NCBI GenBank assembly: GCA_964564005.1
Contig: CAZLZK010000002.1
Span: forward strand, 14,313-38,312
Source of the DNA: an uncultured Gammaproteobacteria bacterium
GTDB taxonomy: Bacteria; Patescibacteriota; Microgenomatia; UBA8517; UBA10165
DNA: 24,000 bases
Direction of reading: 5' to 3'
The stretch's first letter is position 1, and every line of letters starts with the position of its first letter. The notes beneath the pieces were generated by a model. It was given only the letters and a program-made list of their open reading frames with translations, was not told where the DNA came from and did not search any database. Positions 8,832-15,395 of the stretch are shown here, piece after piece. The position numbers and the translations under genes were made by a program.

Positions 8832-9557
8832 TTATTTCCAGGAACGTGCTTCAAACCAAAACTGAATCATCCTTTTTATGGTCTTCAAAATCATCCTCAA
8901 ACCAGAACCCTTAGGGATCCCACCCATCCTGGGCCGCCAGTTAATTGGGACCTCAACAAACTTGTATTTTTTCTTTAAAGCCTTATGGATAACTTCTGGC
9001 AAAAACATTGCGCTTCTGTCGTGGGACTTAACTTTAATCGATTGAATAACGTTGCGCCTCCATAAAGAGACACTCGAGATCTCCTTAAACTTGATGCCGA
9101 GGAGAAAGCGGCATAAGAGGTGGAAAACGCGTGAGTTAAGCTTCCGAACTAATCCCTCCTCATTTCGAATTCTATATCCAATGGCAACATCGTACTGTGG
9201 TATTGCTACAACAAACTTCTTTAACTCACTAAAGTCAAACTGTCCATCTGCGGGAGCTAAAAAAACTAAATCTTTTCTTGCGCTTTTAAAGCTAGTTTTT
9301 ATTGCTCCGGTAAATCCCCTATTCTCTTTGTGGTGCACTGCTCTAATGTGTTTATCGCGCTTAGCGAGTCTATCAATAATCTCCCCAGTCCCATCTCGCG
9401 AGCCGTCATCAACTAAGACAAGCTCATAATCCTTGGCGATGTCCTTAAGTTCCCTTTGGGCTTCTTTCGCAACACTCTCGATTGTTACCGATTCATTAAA
9501 TGCAGGAATTACAACAGAGATACTCTCTTTTACAGCGTTTCTTTTCATCGCAGACAC
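8832..9557 (-). CDS. Family 2 glycosyltransferase (ArnC/DPM1/Ppm1-like polyprenyl-phosphate sugar synthase)
   Basis: 241 aa. Motifs ISVVIPAFNES, LVLVDDGSRDGT, HKENRGFTGAIKT and LAPADGQFD. No C-terminal TM helices. Confidence 0.8.
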   Translation of the reverse strand: MSAMKRNAVKESISVVIPAFNESVTIESVAKEAQRELKDIAKDYELVLVDDGSRDGTGEIIDRLAKRDKHIRAVHHKENRGFTGAIKTSFKSARKDLVFLAPADGQFDFSELKKFVVAIPQYDVAIGYRIRNEEGLVRKLNSRVFHLLCRFLLGIKFKEISSVSLWRRNVIQSIKVKSHDRSAMFLPEVIHKALKKKYKFVEVPINWRPRMGGIPKGSGLRMILKTIKRMIQFWFEARSWK

Positions 9558-9579
9558 CTATTCCTCCAAGGGTAGTATA

Positions 9580-10227
9580 TCAAATGTGGCGAAGAAGCCT
9601 TGCGGGGTTGCCGACCACAACACTTTTTTCTGGAACGTCCTTGAGAACAACGCTCCCCATCCCGATTAAACACAAATCACCAATCTTTACCCCCTCCCGG
9701 ATAGCAGAATTTGTACCCAGATAGCATGAGTGTCCGATTTTAACCCGACTCGATATGCATACACCCCCCGTAATACATGTATAATCGCCTATTTGCGCAT
9801 CATGGCTTACTATGGAATTTGGCAATATCACTACATGGTCCCCTATTTTAGCGTTTGCCGTAACAGTAACGTTTTGAAAAATCGCGACCCCTCTTCCTAT
9901 CCGAGCCATTTTTGAAACAGCCGCCGTAGGGTGAACGACTGTCAAGAAACGCTCAGCAGGGATACCTAATCCCGTTATAATTTTTTCTTTTTTTAGGAAA
10001 TTTGATGGGCTTCCAATCCCGTTTATAAAATAGATATCTCTTAACGAGGACGCTTTTTTAAGAGGTCCTAAAACTTGAACACCGTGAATCTTCTTCCCCC
10101 AAATCTTTTCGTTATCATCAAGAAATCCCACGCACTTTAACTTCTCGCCGCGGTCCGCCAAATCTGCAATCGTGTCAAGGATGTCTAGAGATGTACCGCC
10201 AGTACCTAAAATCACTATTTTCTTCAT
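9580..10227 (-). CDS. NeuD/PglD/PerB-family left-handed beta-helix N-acetyltransferase
   Basis: 215 aa. The N-terminal Rossmann-like lobe is KKIVILGTGGTSLDILDTI...GFLDDN. Hexapeptide repeats follow, with SHD as the position of the catalytic His in PglD, and a terminal VVVGNPARLL. ATGA overlap with the upstream aminotransferase. Confidence 0.8.
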   Translation of the reverse strand: MKKIVILGTGGTSLDILDTIADLADRGEKLKCVGFLDDNEKIWGKKIHGVQVLGPLKKASSLRDIYFINGIGSPSNFLKKEKIITGLGIPAERFLTVVHPTAAVSKMARIGRGVAIFQNVTVTANAKIGDHVVILPNSIVSHDAQIGDYTCITGGVCISSRVKIGHSCYLGTNSAIREGVKIGDLCLIGMGSVVLKDVPEKSVVVGNPARLLRHI

Positions 10228-11369
10228 CCTAGTTTGGTTGCCTTCAAGACGCCTTCGATTATATAATCTTGCTCCTCTATTGTCATTTGGGGATATAGAG
10301 GTAACAAAAGAGTTTCCTTGGCAGCTCTCTCTGTCTCGGGCAAAGAAACTTTCCCAACCAACTTTCGGTAGGGAACTTCAAGGTGTGCTGCCATAACCCC
10401 ACGCCTTGTTGCAATTCCCTCGTCCAGGAGCTTCTGCATTAAATAATCTCTTGTTATCTTATCGTTCTTTCTTAATCGCACAACGTAAGTCTGCCAGTTG
10501 TGAGTATACCCCTGCGGCACATAAGGTGGGACAATGAGTGCGCTTTTTGCAAAGGCTTTGTTATAACGCTCGGCAAGTTCCTTTCTGGCTGCTAAAATCT
10601 TGGGTAGCTTTTTCATTTGCTCAACCCCAACTGCTGCCTCGAGATCGCTCATTCGGAAATTAAAGCCTATTTCAGGATATTTTTCATGAATAACCTTCGT
10701 TGTCTTGTGTCGCGCGACATCTGAAATTCCCATCCCTTGGTGGCGAAGAAGCCTTGCCTGCTCGGCAAGTTTTTTATTATTGGTTGTAATCATTCCCCCA
10801 TCTCCTGTTGTAATAAGTTTTCTTGGATGAAAACTAAAACAGGTAAGCTCGGTTATTGAACCAATTCTCTTTCCTTTATATTCACTCCCCAGGGCACACG
10901 CGGCATCTTCAACAACGAGCAGTCTATGTCTTTTGGCAATCTTGTGAATCTCGTCAAGGTCGCAGGGAAGGCCAACTTGGTCAACTGCCATTATTGCCTT
11001 TGTATTCTTAGTAACTGCTTTCTCGACCTCTTCTGGATCAAGGTTGTATGTTCTCGGGTCTATATCAACAAAGACCGGCTTTGCGCCGGTGTGGACAATA
11101 ACATTTGCGGTTGCAATAAAAGAAAAAGATGGCACAATTACTTCATCCCCTGGACCAATGTCATACATATATAAACTTAAAAAAAGTGCGGTGGTTCCAG
11201 AAGTTGTTGCAACAGCGTACTTTACGCCTACATAGTCTGCGACCAAGCTCTCAAACTCTGCAACTTTCGGCCCTTGGGTAACCCAACCAGAACGAATAAC
11301 CGTGGTAAGCGCTTCCTCCTCCGAAGTGTCAAAATATGGTTTGGTAATGGGGATCTTAACTTTTCTCAT
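10224..11369 (-). CDS. DegT/DnrJ/EryC1-family PLP-dependent sugar aminotransferase (4-aminotransferase-like, ArnB/PglE/Per type)
   Basis: 381 aa. Motifs GW.TQGPKV.EFE and GDEVIVPSFSFIATAN. The Schiff-base lysine context is FSFHPRKLITTGDGG. An HQGMGISDVARH insertion resembles the ArnB HGLGVDAYDR segment. Overlaps the upstream SDR stop by 14 nt. Confidence 0.85.
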   Translation of the reverse strand: MRKVKIPITKPYFDTSEEEALTTVIRSGWVTQGPKVAEFESLVADYVGVKYAVATTSGTTALFLSLYMYDIGPGDEVIVPSFSFIATANVIVHTGAKPVFVDIDPRTYNLDPEEVEKAVTKNTKAIMAVDQVGLPCDLDEIHKIAKRHRLLVVEDAACALGSEYKGKRIGSITELTCFSFHPRKLITTGDGGMITTNNKKLAEQARLLRHQGMGISDVARHKTTKVIHEKYPEIGFNFRMSDLEAAVGVEQMKKLPKILAARKELAERYNKAFAKSALIVPPYVPQGYTHNWQTYVVRLRKNDKITRDYLMQKLLDEGIATRRGVMAAHLEVPYRKLVGKVSLPETERAAKETLLLPLYPQMTIEEQDYIIEGVLKATKLG

Positions 11370-12339
11370 CCTCTATCGGGTTTTCTCTATACCACTTAAT
11401 GGACCTCGTAATACCTTCCTCGAGTTCGACCTTGGGTCTATAGTCTAGCAATTTACCTGCCTTTTGAATACTCGGTACTCTAAGTTCAATATCTACTTCT
11501 ATATGGGGAATAAATTTCATTTTAGAGCGAGACTTTGCCAAAGCAATAATTACCTTAGCAAGATTATAAGTGGTTATGGTCCCAGACGGATTCCCAATAT
11601 TAAATATTTCCCCTACAGCTTCTTTTCTCTCTAAGATAGCCATCATCGCGTCAATAAAATCATCAATATAGCACCAGGCTCTAATTTGATTCCCGTCACC
11701 GGTTATTCGTATTTCTTGATTTTCGATTGCCCGTCTTGCAAAGATCTGGATTGCTCCTTCCCCTACCTGCCCAGGTCCATAAATATTGAACGGCCGGATC
11801 GAAGTTACCGGAATGCCATACTGGACAGCATAGGCAAAAGTAAGGCCTTCTCCAGCCAGTTTACTGATACCATATGTCCATCTTCTCTGTTTCAATTGAC
11901 CTTGGGCTGTCACCCCATCCTCCTTTGCCCCAAAAGCCATGGGCCCATACACTTCGCTGGTAGAAAAATAAACCAACCTCTCTAGTCTAAGGTCTTTTAT
12001 TGCCTCAAGAACGGAGTATGTCCCGACTGCATTAACTTCCATGGTTTTAACGGGCTGATGATAATAGTCGCTTACTCCCGCCATAGCTGCTAAATGAAGT
12101 ACTATATTAGGCTTGAAATCGCTGACCGTTTTTTTAAGAAAATTTCTGTCTAGAATATCGCCAACCACATTTCGGGTGTTTTTCTTATTTATATCTTTTT
12201 GGAAGTATTGAAATGCGTTCCTCCGCAAGTTATCAAAAGTCATTATCTTGTTACTTTTAGATAACGCCTTACAGAGGCTAGTGCCAATAAATCCCTGTCC
12301 GCCGGTTATAAAAATCCTTTTACCCTTAATCATAAGCAT
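11356..12339 (-). CDS. Extended SDR producing an NDP-4-keto sugar; best fit is a UXS/ArnA-C-terminal-like UDP-uronate decarboxylase, alternatively a 4,6-dehydratase
   Basis: Motifs KRIFITGGQGFIGTSL, FSTSEVYGP (TSE triad as in UXS, ArnA and GMD, unlike SSATVYG of GalE), YGISKLAGE (YxxxK) and RPFNIYGPG. Start placed at the ATG at 12339 (MLMIKGKR), or 12333. The track TTG start at 12390 lies inside the 21-bp tandem repeat and would add a non-homologous leader. Confidence 0.75.
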   Translation of the reverse strand: MLMIKGKRIFITGGQGFIGTSLCKALSKSNKIMTFDNLRRNAFQYFQKDINKKNTRNVVGDILDRNFLKKTVSDFKPNIVLHLAAMAGVSDYYHQPVKTMEVNAVGTYSVLEAIKDLRLERLVYFSTSEVYGPMAFGAKEDGVTAQGQLKQRRWTYGISKLAGEGLTFAYAVQYGIPVTSIRPFNIYGPGQVGEGAIQIFARRAIENQEIRITGDGNQIRAWCYIDDFIDAMMAILERKEAVGEIFNIGNPSGTITTYNLAKVIIALAKSRSKMKFIPHIEVDIELRVPSIQKAGKLLDYRPKVELEEGITRSIKWYRENPIEDEKS

Positions 12340-12360
12340 AGCTTGTTCTCGCAGACTCGA

Positions 12361-12402
12361 ATTAAGCAAAGCTTGTCTTCGATTAAGCAAAGCTTGTCTT
12401 CG
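12361..12402 (-). repeat. Two perfect tandem copies of a 21-bp unit (gene-sense CGAAGACAAGCTTTGCTTAAT); a degenerate third copy lies at 12331-12351
   Basis: Direct reading: 12361-12381 equals 12382-12402 (plus strand ATTAAGCAAAGCTTGTCTTCG). 12331-12351 (CATAAGCATAGCTTGTTCTCG) matches 16/21 and covers both candidate start codons of the SDR gene. The repeat sits in the 93-nt gap between the aminotransferase stop (12433) and the SDR start. Confidence 0.9.
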
Positions 12403-12432
12403 AATGAAAAGCCATCAGATTCTAACAATTTT

Positions 12433-13551
12433 CTAGACCTTCTTCAAATTTTTCTTCAACGAAGATGCTACTTCCTGAATATCACTATTGGTGATCTCGG
12501 GAAAAATAGGAAGAGATAATGTGTGTCTCGCTAGTTCCTCCGCATGGGGAAAGTCTCCTTCCTTGTGTCCCAAAGATTTAAAAACAGGTTGAAGATGAAG
12601 AGGAATGGGATAGTGGATTCCAACCTCAATCCCCTTTTTCCTCATCTCGTCATACACACTATCTCTGTCCTCAACTTGTATGGCGTAAAGGTGATAGACG
12701 GATTTTACGCCCTCTGGCTCGAAAGGCGTGACAACGGGTAAATCTTTAAGTAGATTGTTATAGAGTTGGGCAACTTCACGCCTTCTCTCATTCCACTTTT
12801 TGAGGTATTTTAATTTTACTAAAAGGACTGCCGCTTGAAGCGTATCCATTCTTGATGAATAGCCTAAAATATCATGTGTATATTTCTCTTTCCTTCCATG
12901 GTTTCTCAATAATCTGAGTGTCTGCGTAATGCTTTCATTATTAGTAATAACTGCGCCAGCATCTCCATAAGCTCCTAAGTTCTTACCGGGATAAAAGGAG
13001 AAAACGGCCGCGTCCCCAATAGTGCCTACACACCTTCCTTTATACAAAGCACCGTGAGCTTGTGCAGCATCTTCTAGGATAAAGAGTTTATGCTTTTTTG
13101 CGATTTCGATTATAGGGTCCATATCGGCCGGTTGCCCATAAATGTGGACAGGAATTATCCCCTTAGTCTTTTTTGTTATCTTATTTTCAATCTTTTCCGG
13201 ATCTATGTTATATGTTTTAGGATCTATATCTACAAACACAGGGGTGGCCCCGCACATGGAAATTGCTGAAGCTGTTGCTACAAAGCTATGGGGAGTCGTA
13301 ACAACTTCATCTCCAGAATTTACTCCCAAAGCTAGTAACGACAAAAATAAAGCATCTGTTCCAGATGCTACCCCTATTGTATACTTCGCGCCTATAAATC
13401 GAGAAAAGGCCTCCTCAAAAATTTTTACCTCTTCTCCCATAATGAAATTGGTGTTTTTGATAACACCGTTTATCGTCTCATCAATATCTTTTTTAATGCT
13501 TTTGTACTGAAGCTTGAGATTTACCAGGGGAATTTTATATTTGGGTCTCAT
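12433..13551 (-). CDS. DegT-family sugar 3-aminotransferase, WbpE/WlbC-like
   Basis: 372 aa. Motifs NLKLQYKSIKKDID..., GAKYTIGVASGTDAL, PVFVDIDPKTYNIDP, FSFYPGKNLGAYGDAGA (lysine present) and HGRKEKYTHDILGYSSRMDTLQAAVL. The pattern matches my recollection of P. aeruginosa WbpE and QdtB/DesV-type C3 aminotransferases. Confidence 0.8.
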   Translation of the reverse strand: MRPKYKIPLVNLKLQYKSIKKDIDETINGVIKNTNFIMGEEVKIFEEAFSRFIGAKYTIGVASGTDALFLSLLALGVNSGDEVVTTPHSFVATASAISMCGATPVFVDIDPKTYNIDPEKIENKITKKTKGIIPVHIYGQPADMDPIIEIAKKHKLFILEDAAQAHGALYKGRCVGTIGDAAVFSFYPGKNLGAYGDAGAVITNNESITQTLRLLRNHGRKEKYTHDILGYSSRMDTLQAAVLLVKLKYLKKWNERRREVAQLYNNLLKDLPVVTPFEPEGVKSVYHLYAIQVEDRDSVYDEMRKKGIEVGIHYPIPLHLQPVFKSLGHKEGDFPHAEELARHTLSLPIFPEITNSDIQEVASSLKKNLKKV

Positions 13552-13578
13552 GAAAAGAACTCTGTTTACAAAAAAGGG

Positions 13579-14175
13579 CTATGGATATATTTTCTCCCCG
13601 CTATCATATTTTAAATCGGGTAAGCGCGCGACAACCTTTGCTGGGTTGCCCACCACAACTGAATTCTCAGGAACATCTTTAGTTACCACGCTACCCGCGC
13701 CTATTAGGGCATTTCTTCCAATAATTACCCCAGGCAAGAGAACTGCTCCTGCCCCAATTTTAGCTCTACTTTTAACAGTAACTCCACTTAAACCTTCTTT
13801 TGCTCTTGGAGACGCAGGATACTTAGCGTTGGTAAAAGTCACTGTAGGACCAACCCAAACATCATCCTCCAAAACTGTATACTCTGGTATAAAGACATTT
13901 GAATGGATTCTAACATTATTGCCAATCGTTACGTGGTGCTCTATATCCGTGTGGGAACCAACGCTAACATTGTCACCTATGACATTTAATTCTCTAATTA
14001 AAACTCCGTGTCCTGTCTGAAAATTATTTCCTATAATATTGCCTGCATAAATAACCGTGTGGGAGCGAATGTTGGCTTTATTCCCAATTACAGTAGGCTT
14101 CGTTTTTTGTTTTGGTTGGCATCCAATAATCACAAACTTATCAATCCGGGGGTCTTTGCCTGCTTTAAAGTTCAT
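13579..14175 (-). CDS. Left-handed beta-helix N-acetyltransferase, WbpD/WlbB-like
   Basis: 198 aa of hexapeptide repeats. The segment GPTVTFTNAKYPASPRAKEG...IGAGAVLLPGVIIGRNALIGAGSVVTKDVPENSVVVGNPAK parallels the WbpD segment GPSMVFTNVYNPRS...VGAGAVINKDVP..MVGVPAR. Confidence 0.75.
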   Translation of the reverse strand: MNFKAGKDPRIDKFVIIGCQPKQKTKPTVIGNKANIRSHTVIYAGNIIGNNFQTGHGVLIRELNVIGDNVSVGSHTDIEHHVTIGNNVRIHSNVFIPEYTVLEDDVWVGPTVTFTNAKYPASPRAKEGLSGVTVKSRAKIGAGAVLLPGVIIGRNALIGAGSVVTKDVPENSVVVGNPAKVVARLPDLKYDSGEKIYP

Positions 14176-14185
14176 ATTTTTTAAT

Positions 14186-15199
14186 TTATAAATTGACCTT
14201 TTTACCGATTTCTGCAGATTTATAAAGAGCTTCTACAATCTGCAAAGACCTTATTCCTTCTAATCCTGAGGTCGCGGGGTCCCGATCTTGTTCTATTGCC
14301 GAGATCATCTCTTCAATTACTTGGGTATGAGAATTTCCGTAGACAGAAGCAGGGTCAGAATCTGCAAGAGTTAATATTTCATGTTCCCTATCCTCTTCAC
14401 CTTTCACCTTCCAAATAACGAGTCTGTTCAGAGCCGTTCCTCCGATCTTAACAGACCCAGTCTCGCCAAACAGCGAGACTGATCCTTCTAAGTTTTGAGG
14501 CCAACAGATAGTCGACGCCTCAAGAGAAGCAAGTGCACCTCCTGGAAATTCCAAAAAAGCTAACGCCGTATCTTCCGTCTCCATTTCGTGGGCAAGAGTG
14601 GCTTTTTTGCAAAACACTGCTCTGGGCATTCCCATCAACCACTGTAATGCATCGATGTGATGAATTGCTTGATTCATTAATACTCCCCCATCCATATCTT
14701 TCGTACCATGCCACCCATCGTTATAATATTCTTGAGGTCTATACCATCTAACTGTGATGTTGCCTAGATAAATTTTTCCCAACCCTTTTTGCAGAACCAG
14801 CTTTTTTACATCTTGCATCGGACTGTTGTATCTATTTTGCAGAACTACACAAAGTTTCCTCTTATATCTGTCTGCCGTTTTAATAACTTCTTCCGCATCT
14901 TTCACTGTCAAAGCCATCGGTTTTTCGACTAACACGTGTTTACCTTTTCGCAAAGCTTTTATAGCCATCTGGGCATGTAAACCAGAAGGTGTACAGATAT
15001 TTATAACGTCGACGTCGCGCCTTGAAAGCACTTCTTCAAAACTGAAAACAGGGTGGGAGTGGTATTGTTTTGCAAGAGTGTTTGCCTTTTCTCCAACAAC
15101 GTCGCAAACGGCCGTTAGCTTGGCGTTACTGCAACCTACGATGGACTGTGCATGCCTTGGGGCAATTCTACCGCAACCAACAATCGCAAATTTAATCAT
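14186..15199 (-). CDS. Gfo/Idh/MocA-family NAD-dependent sugar-nucleotide dehydrogenase, WbpB/WlbA-like
   Basis: 337 aa. Motifs MIKFAIVGCGRIAPRH (Rossmann), EKPMALT and NRYNSP. The C-terminal alpha/beta domain fits. It sits directly upstream of the WbpD-like and WbpE-like genes, with gaps of 10 and 27 nt, in the classical wbpB-wbpD-wbpE order. Confidence 0.75.
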   Translation of the reverse strand: MIKFAIVGCGRIAPRHAQSIVGCSNAKLTAVCDVVGEKANTLAKQYHSHPVFSFEEVLSRRDVDVINICTPSGLHAQMAIKALRKGKHVLVEKPMALTVKDAEEVIKTADRYKRKLCVVLQNRYNSPMQDVKKLVLQKGLGKIYLGNITVRWYRPQEYYNDGWHGTKDMDGGVLMNQAIHHIDALQWLMGMPRAVFCKKATLAHEMETEDTALAFLEFPGGALASLEASTICWPQNLEGSVSLFGETGSVKIGGTALNRLVIWKVKGEEDREHEILTLADSDPASVYGNSHTQVIEEMISAIEQDRDPATSGLEGIRSLQIVEALYKSAEIGKKVNL

Positions 15200-15225
15200 A
15201 GATAGATGAATAAATTAGTACCTAC

Positions 15226-15234
15226 TTTATATCA
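15226..15234 (-). promoter_or_regulatory. Candidate extended -10 promoter element (TGATATAAA) for the wbpB-like operon
   Basis: The minus strand reads TGATATAAA: TGn followed by TATAAA, which is 5/6 to TATAAT. It lies 27-35 nt upstream of the ATG at 15199. There is no good -35 at 17 nt. Confidence 0.3.
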
Positions 15235-15277
15235 CACCTAGCCGATATCTGATAGTCTTATAAGCAAGTCAAGAATA

Positions 15278-15391
15278 CTGTGGTCTTCAAACCGCAGATG
15301 AATTGACTCACGAGTCCGCCGACTAGCGGACGAGTAATTCACAAGCAAATCTTGCTTGTGAAGCTTAGAAGATACCCCGCCAATGGCGGGG
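15278..15391. other. Cluster of four stem-loops in a locally GC-rich intergenic segment (possible structured RNA, terminators or operator)
   Basis: Read directly. A: 15278-15297, CTGTGGT/ACCGCAG, 7 bp with one G-U on the plus-strand RNA and a C-A mismatch on the minus strand. B: 15314-15331, GTCCGC-cgacta-GCGGAC, 6 bp. C: 15338-15362, TTCACAAGCAA-atc-TTGCTTGTGAA, a perfect 11 bp. D: 15375-15391, CCCCGCC-aat-GGCGGGG, 7 bp. Confidence 0.6.
15375..15391 (-). terminator. Candidate intrinsic terminator after the GT-C/CBM gene
   Basis: On the minus strand the 7-bp all-GC-rich hairpin CCCCGCC-ATT-GGCGGGG starts 4 nt after the TGA at 15396-15398. It is followed by TATCTTCT, which is a U-rich but interrupted tract. 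Confidence 0.4.
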
Positions 15392-15395
15392 AGCT

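Noticed and set aside
12340-12390. TTG start at 12390 for the SDR gene, and the plus-strand ORF 12248-12436 containing LSKACLR LSKACLR
   Set aside because: Both arise from translating the 21-bp tandem repeat. The Rossmann GxxGxxG motif normally sits within about 10 residues of the N-terminus, which favours the ATG at 12339 or 12333.
12331-12402. Possible CRISPR array
   Set aside because: The units are directly abutting with no spacers. There are only two perfect copies and one degenerate copy. The unit is 21 bp, and there are no cas genes.
13514-14020. 168-aa plus-strand ORF, and similar antisense ORFs at 13142-13510, 9052-9429, 9433-9669, 9500-9724, 14826-15209, 11686-11985, 10926-11174, 2660-2917 and others
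   Set aside because: All lie entirely antisense to long minus-strand genes that have clear family signatures. Their translations are low-complexity with no recognisable motifs. The similarity between 9500-9724 and 13514-14020 (GLPTTT.FSGTSL) is just the antisense of the conserved VVVGNPA hexapeptide-repeat ends of two homologous acetyltransferases.
15278-15391. tRNA or other known small RNA (SRP, tmRNA fragment) in the hairpin cluster
   Set aside because: No cloverleaf can be drawn: there is no 7-bp acceptor stem closing the structure, no T-loop GTTCRA-type sequence, and no 7-nt anticodon loop on a 5-bp stem. I recognise no SRP domain IV or tmRNA motifs. It is left as an unclassified structured region.
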